Origin: Callorhinchus milii
Taxonomy: Eukaryota
Assembly: GCF_018977255.1 (NCBI RefSeq)
Contig: NW_024704742.1
Span: 28,832,001-28,896,000 of the forward strand
Direction: 5' to 3'
Length of the DNA: 64,000 bases
In this document: in pieces, positions 49,311 through 62,922 of the stretch
How the letters are laid out: each line of letters begins with the position of its first letter
How positions within the stretch are numbered: position 1 is the first letter of the stretch
Program-made: the position numbers and the translations under genes
Notes under the pieces: model-generated
Seen by the model: only the letters and a program-made list of their open reading frames with translations
Told to the model about the DNA's origin: nothing
Databases searched by the model: none

Positions 49311-52300
49311 TTGCATTATATTGATCAGGATAAGAAAAACAACTGGAAGATATGACAGAGTTAACATCATTGAAAATAAACACAAACTATTTTCGATTTT
49401 TCAGCAGATGGGAAGTGATATTTCTATTTCTTTGTACAGAGTTACTAATTTAGCAGCCAAGGCTTTGCAACAAATAAATGCTGAATTTCTTCAGAACAAA
49501 TTGATGCAAAGCAGAGAAGAGTGCATAGAGATGGTGTGTAACCTGTCACGATTTCACCATTTATCTTTTTTAAAAATAGGCTAAAGTGCTCGTTTTAAGA
49601 TGGGATTGAATGGAAATGATGGACTTCATGCATACAGTCTTGCCAGACATGGGAAAGGCTGGAAGATTGATGGACTCAACCTTCAGCCTTGTCCTTCAAT
49701 CATTTAGGCTATCCTCAGTTAAGCAGGACAGTGCACACACTCATCTATTATTGCTTTATTGTATTTTTATTGTCAAAAACGGATGACCCTTGTCTCCATC
49801 CCTCGTGTAGCAGCCTGGAGCGAATAGACTTCCTACAGAAACATGAAGAATGTCAGACCTTTTGAGGACAGCGCTGTTAGCCATCCTTATTAAAATGCCA
49901 TAATAGAGTTCCTTTACGTGCCCAAAATCACACTTTTTCAATGGGGGAGAGAAATAGCTTGCAATCACAGCTTGTTCAGTTCTAACAGTGTCTGACATTT
50001 CCATTCACTTCTCTTCATAAAATGTTTGGTTTTAGTAATATACCAGCTCTAAGTTATATTGACCATCTGAAGCTTTCAAAATGCCAAAATACTATTTTTT
50101 AATAACATAGCTAAAGTTTAAGTCTTTATTATTAGACAAACATATTAGTTTCATCTGCAAACGTCATACAGAATTTGCTTTTAAAAATCAGCATCTGCTT
50201 CACATCAGTGCAAAATTAAATTAAAAAAATCACTTTGCTCTAAAGCATTAATTTTGGTCAATATATTTCATTGGAGTTGGAGAAATCAAAACTTTCAAAT
50301 AATCAATTGAATCTTCCACATGCATTGAATCTTCCAGATATATTATAAATCCTTGTTTCAAACCCAGGCTAGGATTTAATTCTTTAAACACAGAATAGTG
50401 GCTGAATTGATGTCTTGTCATCTGGAAAGAAGGCCTCATTTCTTATCAAAAAGGTCAAGTTTGCCTTAGTTTCTGTTCGTTAGTCTTGAATGAACCATTA
50501 TCTGGAAAACAGCCTTTTCTTGTTTTCTACAGCTAGTATGGTGTGTGTGGGGAAAGGCAAATCGTCCCCTGTGCTGCAATGGTATTACAATACAACGTAC
50601 AATGTACGGGTATATAGTGCCTTTCAGGTCATGTGGGTATCTCAAGGTGCTTCACAATGGTGAATGGATACTTGGATCTGGGAGCCAAGTGGGTTGGGGA
50701 AGTGACAAGAGGAGTCAAAGAGTTTTGAGACATACTTTGAACAAAGGGAAGGATCGAGCGAATTAGTTGTTTTTGCCTGCATGCAAAGTAGCAGCCAATC
50801 AACTACAAAATAAAGTAAATCCCATGAAGCGCTTTAAGATGTTCTCCCGCGGTGAAAGGCTCTATATCTAATGCAAGGATTATTATTAATAATAACAGAG
50901 GTCCCTTGGATCAGTATGAACCACATCTGGCTTCCAACAGGAGTCACCTATTGTGCTTGGTTCCCCCAGTGTGATCTATTCAATTTGATATCAATTGTAA
51001 ATTAATGTTTCCAAATACAGTACAATCTCTTTTGATTTTGAATGAGCATCTCTCCACGGCATGTTTTTAACAAGTGTTGTAATGTCAGTTAGTGACCAAA
51101 GGGGTCACTATGCATTATTGAATTCCCTGGTGCTAGTTTTTTTTCCCCCTGGACATTATCTGTGGACAGTAGTGCAAACTGAAGAACAGAGGCTGTATTG
51201 TTGTACTCACAGCCTCTTCTGTTAGAGAATAGAAAGCTACATGTTTGTGTTGGACAATGAAATCCCAGATGCTGATACAAAGCTGCCAACTACTTACTGC
51301 TTAACATATGTTAGTCTGAAAACAGGGCAAAGTCATCTGCACCATTTATAGGTTCAAGCTCTGAATCTGAGGCAAAATACCAGGCAGAAACAAACAAAAC
51401 AAATTCAGATACACTTGAAAAAAATCAGATTTTTGCCTTGGTTATCAGATGGCCTTAATTCCCCTTGAAGAAAAACATCCCACGACGGATGAACAGCCTT
51501 GTTATTTCTTCAGGCTTTTTTTTGTTTATTCTGTGTGTGTTACTCTGTATGATCACATGTTGCCATGAATTGTGCGATGCTGATAGTTAATCTGTCAAAA
51601 GTCCACACATCTTCATACATCATCCAGGCCTTTCAATGAACAAGGCTATGAGGACATTGACAGGCATTTCTTTCCCTCTTACATTGTGTTTTTCTAGTGC
51701 TGTTTCCAGTCCCTCTGACAGTTGAATGGGGCACATGATTACAAACTTCTTGAGAGAATAGTTTGTATGTTTGCCTCCACTGTATTTGGGGATAATAATA
51801 ATAATAATATAATCCTTGCATTTGATATAGGTGTGACAGCTTGTATATTTGATATATATTTTATATATTTGACTCAGTCTGCAATGTTTGTTTGTCACAT
51901 GATTTGTTATATGTATATATGTATGCCAATGTAATTTTGTTGCTATATATATATATTTATTTATTATCCACATTTGGAATGGAATTCACACTCTCTTCCC
52001 GGAGGGACACACCCTAATTACCTAATCCCAGATAGTATTAAGTGAAGGTTGGTATGAGCTAAGTTTGTAATGAGAATGTAGCAGGGTTGCTATCCTGGAA
52101 AGATGAGATCAAATGGAGCTAGACACTTTCATCCACAAAATACGGTCATGCAGGATGTAGGGAATATCTGGATTTATTTTTCTCCATCATATTAAACAGA
52201 GTTGTTATACTCAAAATACTTAATCATTGTGTAACGATTTTTTGGTCTCAAGAAAAACAATTGTTTTGTTCTAAAACAAATCCTCTTTTTTGTACATAAA

Positions 52301-53114
52301 GCAGGAAGTGAAAGAACACAAGTGGTTCTTGGAACCAAGAGGTGGGACTGCAGTCACTGCTGGCATCTGACACTTGACATGTGTGCTTTTCAAAACGCAA
52401 TGCCAAATCAGTGCTAACATGTCAACTTAAAGCTGTTTGAGACCAACCATAAATCATGGTGTGATATTGAACCAATCGCAATGTTTTGTTACATGTCAGG
52501 AGGTGCCATGTAATTTGTCACAGAGAAGTCAGTCCTTGGTTTACCCTGATCAGAGTACTCCAACAATGTCATAGGGCAAATGAATACTTCAGTAACACGG
52601 AGACATTCTTCTAACTAATTCAGCAAGAAAAACAAACAGAGGCAAAGATGCCTGAAGCTGCTAGTTCTTCAGATGCCTGGTAGATTTCTTCAGGTTTACT
52701 TTTCACAAATACCTTAATAAATATGCATCAGATAATGCTCAAGTGTGTTATAAGTTAGCAATGTATGTCAGTGATCAGATGACATTATAAACTCATGCAG
52801 TGAGTTGTGAGCAGTGAATCGACATCATCTGAATCTCGATGTGTTTTTCTGCCTCAGAACACATCTCTGTCAATGTTTTTCATCTTTACAATATACCACA
52901 TTTGAAATTTTATCAATTAATTGATCAAATCATTGGTTCCATTTCAAATTAACAGCACATTCAAATCAAGTGATTCAAACTAAAGGGATATTGTACCATT
53001 TTGACTCAGTCTGCAATGTTTTTTTCTCATATGATTTGTTATGCTGGTCTTAAATAGAACTTTCAGAAAACCAGGTTCAAAGTGAAGACTGTGTCTAAAC
53101 AAAAGGAAAAAAAA

Positions 53115-53535
53115 TCTTTCTTACATTTTATATAGCATCTTTCAAATCAGGAGAATGTATCCAAGTACTTTTCAGGATATACTGTAAAGTGCAATGATTG
53201 TGTATTTTATGAGCTAATGTGGAAGACAATTTGCGCACAGCAATGTCCCACAAACAGCCAAGAGCGATTGATCAATTTGATTTGTGGGATCATTGGCCAG
53301 GACACCAGGAGAAACTCCCTTCTCTTTTTGAATAATGCCATAGGATCCTTAAATTGAATAGGGAGACAGGACCTCAGTTTAATATCTGACCCAAAGGAAG
53401 CAGCTCTAACAATGCAGCAATCCACCTGCTCTACACTGGAGTGTCACCTTCGCTATATGAGTTCAATGTCCCGATAAGGGGTTTGAATCCACAAGCTTTT
53501 GTCTCATAGGCGGGAGTGCTACCAAATGAGCCAGA
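53115..53535 (-). mobile_element. Deu-domain SINE, near full length
   Basis: ttggccaggacaccaggagaaactcccttctctttttgaataatgccataggatcc...cactggagtgtca...gagtgctaccaaatgagcca. Confidence 0.85.
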
Positions 53536-54629
53536 CTCTCACACAAAATAAAGTAAATCTACATCCAGATGGAATTTCTCCCCTATTGTGGGTTGAATCA
53601 AGGAGCTTAGACTTTTGAAAACAGATTGTGGAACGCTTACATATTTCAAAATTCTAAACAAGGTTACGTGAATTTCATACAGTGGCATGTTCGTTGTGAT
53701 AATTAATACAAATTGTGAAAAACGTTGGCAGCTTTACGCTATGGAGTTTATTATGTGACACTAACTTGATTCTGTGAAATGTAACATGACATCTTTGACT
53801 CATCTTTGTGAGATGAATGCAACTCTATTTGATGAGATTAAATGTAACTTTATTCATAATGTGATTCTCAACAGTTCTACATGTTGTGTAAAGACTATTC
53901 CCTTGTTGAGTCAAATTTTTGTACAAAACAAAAATAATGTCACCTCAATTTTATTATCCTTAAGGTTTGGATTATTATGTGATTGCAAGAGATAAAACTG
54001 AATGGAACTGTATCCCAAATCATATTGTAGGCTAATACTTCAGTGAAAAGATTCAGTTACAATAATGGAGCACTAACAATTTTCTTGAAGAATGAATGAA
54101 TTCTACTGCAAAATAAAAGACTGGGATTCAAACCCCACTGGACCCAATTTTAGAGAATGCAATCATACATATCACCATTAAATAACCTTTGAAGCGACTA
54201 TTCTAGTTTGTCCATTGCAAATAGTAAAAAATTACATTTTTCTTTTGCAGTCAATGTAATAAGTCCATCAATGTCAACATGACAAATTGGGTTTCAAATG
54301 GAACATGCTTTGCTTGTTTCGAAATGCGGTAACTTTGACAATGTGTGCTTTTAATGGGTAAAACCCCTCAATAAATGTACACTGACATCTTGGCTGAAAT
54401 TAGTGGTAGGAAGACTATTACAGTGTATGAATGTTGCATTGGATTATGATCTGGGTGGTTAGGGTTAGAGGAGGCTTAGCATTCCTTCCCTCCCCAAAAT
54501 CTATCAGCTCATCAACTTTTCTCCAATTTTGGCTAATGGGATGTTGCTACCAGAAAGAGGTGCTGCTCTCCGCAGTGTGTAACGGGACAATCTTGCCACT
54601 GATTGCATGTCAGCTATCAAGTGCTGAAT

Positions 54630-54990
54630 GAGTTTGAAATGTTAACAAGACCAAGGCTCTCTTACTTGGCTCCCACTGGTGTCTTCTCACTTCAGTCACT
54701 GACCACATCGATCTGTACGGAAACTCCTCCACAATCATGGAGCTGACGTGGAACCTCAGTGTTTTGTTCGACTCCTAACTGTCCATCAAACCCTACATTC
54801 AGGCTCTCACATGCTGGTTTTTCTTTACCTTCCCAACATTACCCGCCTACACCAATACCTCTAACCCTCATGAGCCTCATTCACGCCTGTATTATGCCCC
54901 TGTCTGCTGGACTCTACAGCTCCTCCTTATACAAACTATCCAATATTCTGCAGCCTATGTCCTCTTCTACACCAGGCTCCCTGAGTTCAT
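54630..54990 (+). mobile_element. Old L2 ORF2 fragment
   Basis: Broken LNVNKTKALLLGS...NLSVLFDS.LS.KPYI...SLIHACI. Confidence 0.65.
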
Positions 54991-55240
54991 TCTGCCTTCA
55001 AAACCCAACTTGGATCCTCTGGATCTCTAACACAGATTGACATTGAACCAGGAGTCTCCTTTGACCAGAATCCACCTTCACAGAAGTCAAATCTGAGATT
55101 AGCAACTGATGGATTTCTGAAGGATTAGCCTCTGACACATCCGGGTATCACTAGTTACAAATCCTTTAGTAAATCTTGCAAATATGTTAGCAAATAGGTT
55201 TCTTCCATTTCCAGTGTTGCCAACAATCCTCCAGATAAAA

Positions 55241-55602
55241 TTGGTCATTCACTTCACAGCTGTTTGTGGGGTACTGCTGTGGGCAAAATGTCTGCTGTGT
55301 TCATCTACACAATATACATTCACCACACTCTACAATAAAATCCTGTGAAGTGCTTTGAGCCATCCTCCCGATGTTAAAGGTGCAAAACTAAATGCAAGGA
55401 TTACTGTGGAAAGGAAAGTCATCCAAAGATAAATACAACTGAAGAAGTAACTAAGTCCCATTTAAAATACATTTGCTTACAGAATAGCCTGCCAGTGAGG
55501 ACAATGATTTTGGAATCAGCAGAATTGTTCAAATAACAAACATTACTTATTTAGCCAATTTAATCATAATAAGTGAGGGATTCTACAAGCATTATAAATT
55601 GT
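55241..55602 (+). repeat. Local duplication, copy 1 (SINE 3' half plus about 200 bp unique flank)
   Basis: Collinear with 57395-57768. Identical blocks tttgcttacagaatagcctgcca and tcataataagtgagggatt lie outside the SINE. Confidence 0.9.
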
Positions 55603-56602
55603 TCATTTTGAAACTGAGGTTCTTACCATCAGAGGTCATTTGACAGTAAGGAATTATAGACCTAGAGAATGAATTACATAGGTATGATGCTCCTTGTCTC
55701 TGTAGGTTGCAGGGTTACTAGTACACTTTAATTTTATGCTAGGTTAATAACATCTCCCAGTGTAATTGGACTTCATCAAAGTTTGCTAAATTTACCAGAA
55801 GCGCCCAGACCATCACAATTGTAGCCTATTCAGTGCTGCATTAGTCTTACCACAAACACTTAGAATGTTATGGATCAAAGGCCATTTGCCGAGCTTCCCC
55901 CACCTCTCCCAGGAGTGAACTACTCTAACCCCATTCCACTGCTCTTTGAGCATGGATTACAATGGCAGATCTGCAGAATGCAGATCAGGGTAGTTCTATT
56001 CCAATATTTTTAAGTAGAACTCTTTTCTACTTATATTTCCAATCGTTATTTTTATTTTTTTGTTATTCCTGTTATTTATTGTTGCCTTCCTAATACACTG
56101 CATGTGTGACGACACTTTATTTTACTTTTTGTCTTGTCATTGGAATAATTATTTAATTAAAATAGTCTCCTGATTTTGCTTTATTTGCGCTTATCTTTCT
56201 ACAATCTCTGATTTTGTTTATTTCCCAATCTTTCCCAAAGTAATTTTATTTCCCCATCAACATGTGAAACATTAGAATACTTTCATTGAGAATGATGGAA
56301 GCAAGGGCTAATGGAATCTGTCAAGCAGTGAGTTGCACACAGCAGCAATTTGATTCTGTACTATTACTCAAATGTTTGTGTTGTTTTTTAAAAAATTTAT
56401 TGCTAATATTTTCAGTTCATTGTTGCTGCTGCATACTTTGGGTGCACACTTAATACAGCACAGAACTCTTTAATCTTATGAAACGGGACATTCAGTAAAA
56501 TGCAACAGTGTCCGACATCTGTACACTTTAACTAATTTTAATCCATGTCCTGATGGTTTCTAGAGACATTCCCAATGAAAATGACACTCCCCAAGGATTC
56601 AA

Positions 56603-56870
56603 ATAATAATAATACTTACATTTAGGATAGCACCTCTCAGGTCAGGAGGATGTCCCAAAATGCTTCATAGGATATAATGTGTTTTGTAGGTGATTACAAC
56701 AGCCAATTTGTGCTCAGCAATGTCCCATAAACAGCCATGAAGTAAATGACCAATTTTATTTGGGTTATTGTTGGCCAAGACACTGGGAGAAACTCCTTTC
56801 TCTTTTCCAATAGTGTCATGGGATTTTTAATGTCCACCTAAACAGGCAGATGGGGCCTCAGTTTAATATA
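56603..56870 (-). mobile_element. Deu-domain SINE
   Basis: gttggccaagacactgggagaaactcc...catgggatttttaatgtccacc...ggggcctcagtttaa. Confidence 0.82.
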
Positions 56871-56916
56871 CTCAAATGTTGACCACTGAGAGAATCTGCC
56901 ATTCTAGCCGTATAAC

Positions 56917-57058
56917 AGGTTTGCGCCTTTAACATATGGAGGATGTCTCAAAGCACTTCACAGGATATTATTGTTGAGTGTGGTGAACGTATATTGTGTA
57001 GACGAACGCAGCAGACATTTTGCACATAGCAGTACCCCACAAACAACCATAAAATGAG
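56917..57058 (-). repeat. Inverted third copy of the duplicated SINE variant
   Basis: Carries the private variants of 57410-57545 in reverse (ggtttgcgcctttaacat, ttattgttgagtg, agacgaacg, cagacattt, gcagtacccc). Confidence 0.8.
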
Positions 57059-57104
57059 TACAAAGTCTTTGTAATCTGCTTTATAGGTTTCTTGTCCATT
57101 TTGG

Positions 57105-57218
57105 AAGAAATATATCAGTTCCCATGGTTGATCTATACCTCAACTCCATTACCCTTGTTTCATATCCCTTGATACCCTTACCGAACAAAAATCTCTCAAC
57201 CTCAGTCTTGAAAATTTG
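57105..57218 (-). mobile_element. CR1-type LINE 3' fragment
   Basis: catatcccttgatacccttaccgaacaaaaatct...ctcagtcttgaaaa. Confidence 0.65.
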
Positions 57219-57394
57219 ATAAGTCATTGAGACATCTAAAGCACTTCCAAAAATGTACTGTAAAGTGATGTGGTGGTGTGCATTTTATGGGCAAAAAGAT
57301 ATTGGCTCAAAAGATGTTAGGATGAGTATCCCAACATGGATGTGGATGGGCATCCTTGAAGGTTGAGATCAAATGGGCCAGAAGGCCTTCTTCG

Positions 57395-57768
57395 TTGGTC
57401 ATTCAGTTTATGGCTGTTTGTGGGGTACTGCTATGTAGAAAAATGTCTGCAACGTTCGTCTATACAATATTCATTCACCCCACTCAACAATAAAATCCTG
57501 TGAAGTGTTTTGAGACATCCCCTCGATGTTAAAGGCGCAAACCTAAATGCAAGGCTTGTTGAGGAAAGGAAAATCATCCAAAACTAAATACGTACAATTT
57601 AAAGAGCAAGTAAGTTCCATTTTAAAGGTGTTTGCTTACAGAATAGCCTGCCAATGAGGACAGTGATTTTGGAGTTTGCAGAATTGTTCAAATAGCAAAT
57701 GAACAGATTACTTTTTTTGCCAACTTTACTCATAATAAGTGAGGGATTCCACAAGGATTATAAATTGT
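57395..57768 (+). repeat. Local duplication, copy 2
   Basis: See 55241-55602. Confidence 0.9.
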
Positions 57769-60169
57769 CCACCTCTTTTGTGATCCTTGTCTGAACAGTT
57801 TAACATAATAATTTAATATAACAATATAAATTTTATATCCTTCAAAACGGTTCTTTTTCAAAGGAGTTGAGCAATGCAGAATCAGATGCTATCATTGGGA
57901 TTTGTTCCATGTTATATTCACCACTCTGTGCAGAATGGGATATTTAATTTACAGCTGTTTCCTACCCTTACTTACCCACATCCACAATCCGATGAGGGAT
58001 TAGGACAAGTCTAAATCTGGTAGTTGTTTTTTTTAATGTTGAGAACCATCCATTGGGATTGTGAAACCAATCACACTCTTGTTATGCTTCAACGCTTAAA
58101 AATAAAATAGCTTTTTTTGGGGGGGAGAAGTTGGTGTCACTGGTAGCAACGACACGAAAAGTGCAAAAATGTAATAAGCCTGAGATGAATGGGGACTCTT
58201 TTGAAATGTATTATATTTACCTGATATTCCGCATGCTAAGAGCCAGTCTTATTAAAATGACAGGATACATTGTCATTGAGATTTGGACAGAATTTCAAAT
58301 GTCACAGCTTTCAGGAACCAGTAAAGTGTAGCTGAATTGAGGGAAATTTCCCTCACAAGCATGTCACAGATTAAAAATAATTGATTGACAAGAGTACTAG
58401 AGTGTGCAGCATAACTTTAGGATAGAATGCATATTATATGTAGTGTTCATTAGGGCTCAGGGAGTCAGGCTAATCAGAATTCAGGCTGTTCAATCAGGCA
58501 GAGGCCACAATGCAAGCTTCAATGAGCTTAGACGTAATATAAAAAAAACTAGTGAAACTCACAAAAAAATTCACAGAAACTTGCTTTTCCCACTAAAAAA
58601 AAGCTAGCAAAAGACATTAAAATAATCGCTTGAGAATCACACTTCAGTCACATGGGGGTCACTTTGTGAAATGTGCCATCCACTTGATCGGAAGATTAGA
58701 GCGTTTTGAGCTGTGTCTTTTTATAGATGGAATTACATATCAGTGTTCTCTGCAGTTGCAGAACAAATAACATGGAAATGCTAAACTTTCTGTAGCTTTT
58801 TGTAAGCTCGAGTGAGTGCAAATCGTATGCACGACGGGGTCTGAAATTTGTCATAGTTAATGGTGTTAATGTTGGAATTTGGAGAGTCAAATAAACCATC
58901 ATAATATCTGAGAAATATCCCATAAAACATTTTTGTAGTGTAAAGAAATCAACATTGTCAGCATAAAACCCTTAATTGGCCCTCATTAATATGTGGGGTT
59001 CATACCACCATTAGCCACCCTTGTAATTCCCAGCATAATAAACAGTCTTAAATCTAGTGCTGATTTTCAGTTGATAAATATTGGAATAGGCGTGTTTCAT
59101 TTTACCATAGAAGGGCCCAACAAGGTGTATTGGCCAGTAGGTAGGATGAGGTACATGTTCCTTTAAGTGAAACATTCTTTATTTTCAATTATTGAAGCCT
59201 TCAGCTTTAAATATCTCTCGAACCAAAGTTCTGTTTTCTGGTACATGATCTTCCTCTGCAGTTAACATTGGAGACTGTCTAACTCCCACACATGGTCTTG
59301 AGAGGCTATTGCTGCACAGGAAGAATCAGAACCATTCTCCTATTGATAAGTCTTTCTCTGAACAAATGTACGACACATATTAGATATTCGGGAAGGAGGG
59401 AGAAAAGGAAATGGAAAGTCTTCTATCTTCCTAATAGTAATCCCAGCATCCGAAATAAGCAATTTTAAAGATTTCCTGTATTGGAAAAACAGGAGCTCCT
59501 CTGTTTCCAGTAGCGGATACTCTGTTTCGATGTAAAGCACGTATTCCAAATGCCAGAACAGAAAACCTCTCAAATCCTGTATACAGATCTGGTGGCTTTC
59601 CTGCTAGAATTACCAGAAAGAACATTTGGTTCTTAAGAGCAAGTTGAGAATTTCTTTCAAGACGTGCGGAGTCACTCAGCTATGATTTTGAGCTCAATCA
59701 TGTCAGTTTTGAAAAAATTTGCAATGGGGTACATGTTCCTTCAAATGTACAACAATGCTTTTCACATGTATCCATAAATTTGTGGCTTTTTTCAGCCAAA
59801 CCTGCAGCTGCACAAACCAATGGCATTGTATCTGTACTATTCTCATATAGTGGTAAACTTGTTCCAATGGCACATCACAAAAGCAGCCCAGCTTTAGACA
59901 CTTCCATACCCTGCAGGGTTTGAGGACATTAGGCCGCACAATTGATAAAAAAAGGGCTGTGAAAATCTGAACTTCATTTAATTAGTGACCATCAATATAT
60001 GATGAAAAACGAACTTTAGAATGCAGCGGAGGAGAGGTGAAGTGTGCACAGAGAAAAGTATTGAAAATGTATTGTTTTTGGCAATTTGAAACCAGCTTCT
60101 GCAGACAATGGCAGAAATGGCACCTACTTACATGTTGATTATAAATGGGGAAAAGGAACTCTATTGCAA

Positions 60170-60262
60170 TTTTTCTAAGGCACCATCAGTTCTAAGGCGC
60201 ATTCTGATCTTGGAAGCATTTCTTAAGTTAAAAAAAATGTGCTTTAGATTTGAGTAAGTGTG
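60170..60262. mobile_element. Possible DNA-transposon/MITE end (MER97/pogo-like)
   Basis: tctaaggcaccatcagttctaaggcgca...aaaaaaatgtgctttagatttgagtaa resembles the recalled motif taagacgcaccatcgattttaagacgca...aaaagtgcgtcttagaatcg. Confidence 0.35.
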
Positions 60263-60489
60263 CTAGTTTTCCAGCTGTACCCTTGTAAATGATGCAGGCT
60301 TCCAAGACAGATATGCAACATTTCCAACACAGAAATGCAATGACTTTGAGAGTACATTTTTCAAGTTCAGCTATTCTGATCACTGGGATGATAATTAATT
60401 ATCACACTCATTTTGTCTTGAATGATATTAATATTAAACTTGATAATTTAAGAAGTGCAGCTACACACAGAATATATAGATCTATATAT

Positions 60490-60590
60490 AGTGATAGTGA
60501 AACCTCAAGTTTGTCCAACACTTGAACACAGCTCCTACATCTGGAGAGATATTTCTAGCACTTATCTTGCACTCCTGGATAGAAAGAATA
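60490..60590 (+). mobile_element. Ancient CR1-group LINE ORF2 scrap
   Basis: IVKPQVCPTLEHSSYIWRDISSTYLALLDR resembles the post-RT motif YKAQVRPxLEYCSHIW...LxLLDRVQ. Confidence 0.5.
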
Positions 60591-60634
60591 TAAGAAAAGG
60601 TTCAAAAACAGAAACAAAAAGCAAAAACAGAAAC

Positions 60635-60715
60635 AAAAACAGAAGTCACTGGGAACACTCAGCATCTATGGAGAAAGGAAAGTGAGTCAACATTTTGAGT
60701 CCACGATCCTTTGTT
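60635..60715. mobile_element. Single arm of the Penelope-like inverted repeat, followed by (GTTCT)n to about 60738
   Basis: aaaaacagaagtcactgggaacactcagcatctatggagaaaggaaagtgagtcaacattttgagtcc, homologous to the left arm at 26720-26800. Confidence 0.6.
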
Positions 60716-61399
60716 CTGTTCTGTTCTGTTCTGTTCTGCGGCTATATCAAATGGCTGAAAGCTCACCCAACACCAAGACTGAGTAATAATTGTCCCTTCT
60801 GACATTCTTCATAAGAGGAGTTTAACAGCAAACATATCTGTTCAGTTAGACATCAGTTAGTTAAACATAATGCAGTGGCTCTGAGATACTAATCTTGATT
60901 TCAGATCAGTCTGGTCAGTCCAGGTAAAGTATTCTGTGAAACAAGTGAAATGGGAAAAGTACAAAAGGGATTAATATCAATAACTAAAGACCAATCTTAA
61001 TCTATTCTTGTGAGTAATTGCATTAATGACCATTATTCATCAATTTAATTGATATGATGGGAGGGGGGGGGGGGGAGGATTACCAAGAATTCTGTTAATA
61101 TCATTCAAATTTTAAATTCTAATCATATTAATAGAGATTGGATTACCTTTGTGTTTCTATGTGACTGAATCTGAATGGTGACTATGAACATAATTGTTAT
61201 TAATTTAACCAGATGCCAGATCTTTGACCGAAGACGTAAATGTGTGCGTAGTTGCTTCTGGCAAAGAAGTTTCAACTCAGCACAGACGTAATAATTGGCC
61301 AATAATACAATATTGATGTGCTAAATTGCATAAAGATGAATAGAAACTAGTTTGCGTTTTAAAATTCTCTGCTAATAAGATAATGTGATCATACTGTTA

Positions 61400-61580
61400 C
61401 TGTCATAAAGTGCTAAGACATGAAAAAAGCCTCTCGGCCCAACTAATCCATGCTGGTGTTTATACTCCACATGAGACACCACACCCTTCCTATTCCCTTC
61501 TCCTGTTCCTTTGTCTCTAATACTTACACCAATTTTTCTCTTAAATACATTGGTGCTATTTGCTTCAACCACAGCTTCCA
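61400..61580 (-). mobile_element. CR1-type LINE 3' end
   Basis: aagcctctcggcccaactaatccatgctggtgtttatactccac...ttaaatacattggtgctatttgcttcaaccac. Confidence 0.75.
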
Positions 61581-62283
61581 GCTGACCAAAAAATCATCCT
61601 CTGTGACCTTTGAAGACTTCAACTCTGGCTGTCAACTTTGCAAATAAAAGTTGTTATTTTACCAGCAAACAAGGCTTGAGGAAGACATTATGCACTGCTG
61701 CTATTACATTGTGGACAAAGAACCATAGATGTGTGCAGCATAGTAGAAGGCCATTCAAGCCTATGAATATGAAACAGGTTGAATGGTCAGCCTTGTACTG
61801 TGCTGCACAGCCTGCAAAATGCACAGTCACATCACTTTAGAGTATATTCTGTGACTGCTTTGGGACGACTCGATGACATGATAAGGCACGTGCCAGAATT
61901 ATTTTTTTTCTGCACTGCTGTTTGCTCCTCCAAGAAGCTATCCATCCTAACCTCAGTTCCCTGTTCATTCGCCAGTGACTTTTCTCCTGTCCGTTTGTGT
62001 TATTCCGAGTAGCAGACATGACAAAGTAAATTTCTGCCAGTGGTTCATGCGAGCAGAAAATGTGTGATAGAACAGCAAATCCTAGGCAATGACATGAAGA
62101 TATCTATGCCTTTGTGGAAGGTTGTCAGGTGCAGTCACTCTGCTACAAACTTTTCATAATTAAATCTTCTCTATGCGAAGGCAACAAGAGATCAAACTTC
62201 AAATGAGGGACTTGAGAGATGTATACCTCACCAGATGAACTAGTAACATAAGAACAGCATTAATAGCATTAATTAAAGGCATA

Positions 62284-62442
62284 TAATAATCCTTGGGTTT
62301 GATATGGTGCCTTACCATGCATCGAGACTTCTCAAAGTGTTTCACAACTTTTTACTATTAAGTGTTGTATCTGCATTTATAGGCGAACACGGCAGCCAAT
62401 TTGCGCACATCACTGTCCCATAAACAGCCACAAAGTGAATAA
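62284..62442 (-). mobile_element. SINE 3' half
   Basis: taataatccttgg...gcagccaatttgcgcaca...cccataaacagcc. Confidence 0.78.
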
Positions 62443-62729
62443 CTGTTGGATTAACTTCACATCATGCTGTTTGTTGTTGGAGTGAGAGTAACGTTCATTT
62501 ATTTCCTTTCTAATCATCTAGCGATGAAACAAAATGATTCTCTTAGTCAATGACGTTCAATGCTGAGAACTGTGAAGAAAGCCGATTGGAAATTCACACA
62601 CTGCTTTCCACATGCGTTAAACTTTACGCACAAAACTGTACACCAGAAAACAGAAACCAATGTTTTTTATTCTTGTCATTTGTGAGTTTATTGGTCTGCA
62701 AAAGCAAAAAGCACAATGACCTATTCCAT

Positions 62730-62922
62730 TTTTAGGAGGTCAGCTGGGTGTCTGACACAGGTTAAACTCAACACCATGCTTAAGAGTAGCCAAATCAAAC
62801 TAAGAGTGTGTCGCCTACGCATGGAAATTCCCATCTCTTGAATGGAATGCGTACTTTCTCCCTGGAGGGACCAGCCTCCTTAGCTAATTCTGGAGAGTAT
62901 TAGGTGCAAGTTGACAAGAGCA
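62730..62922 (-). mobile_element. Family Y repeat, 3' fragment
   Basis: ttttt...ggtcagctgggtgtctgacac...gcctacgcatggaaattccc...ctaattctggagagtatt. Confidence 0.72.

Noticed and set aside
59340..59650. Overlapping short ORFs in unique sequence
   Set aside because: No recognisable domain or convincing splice sites.
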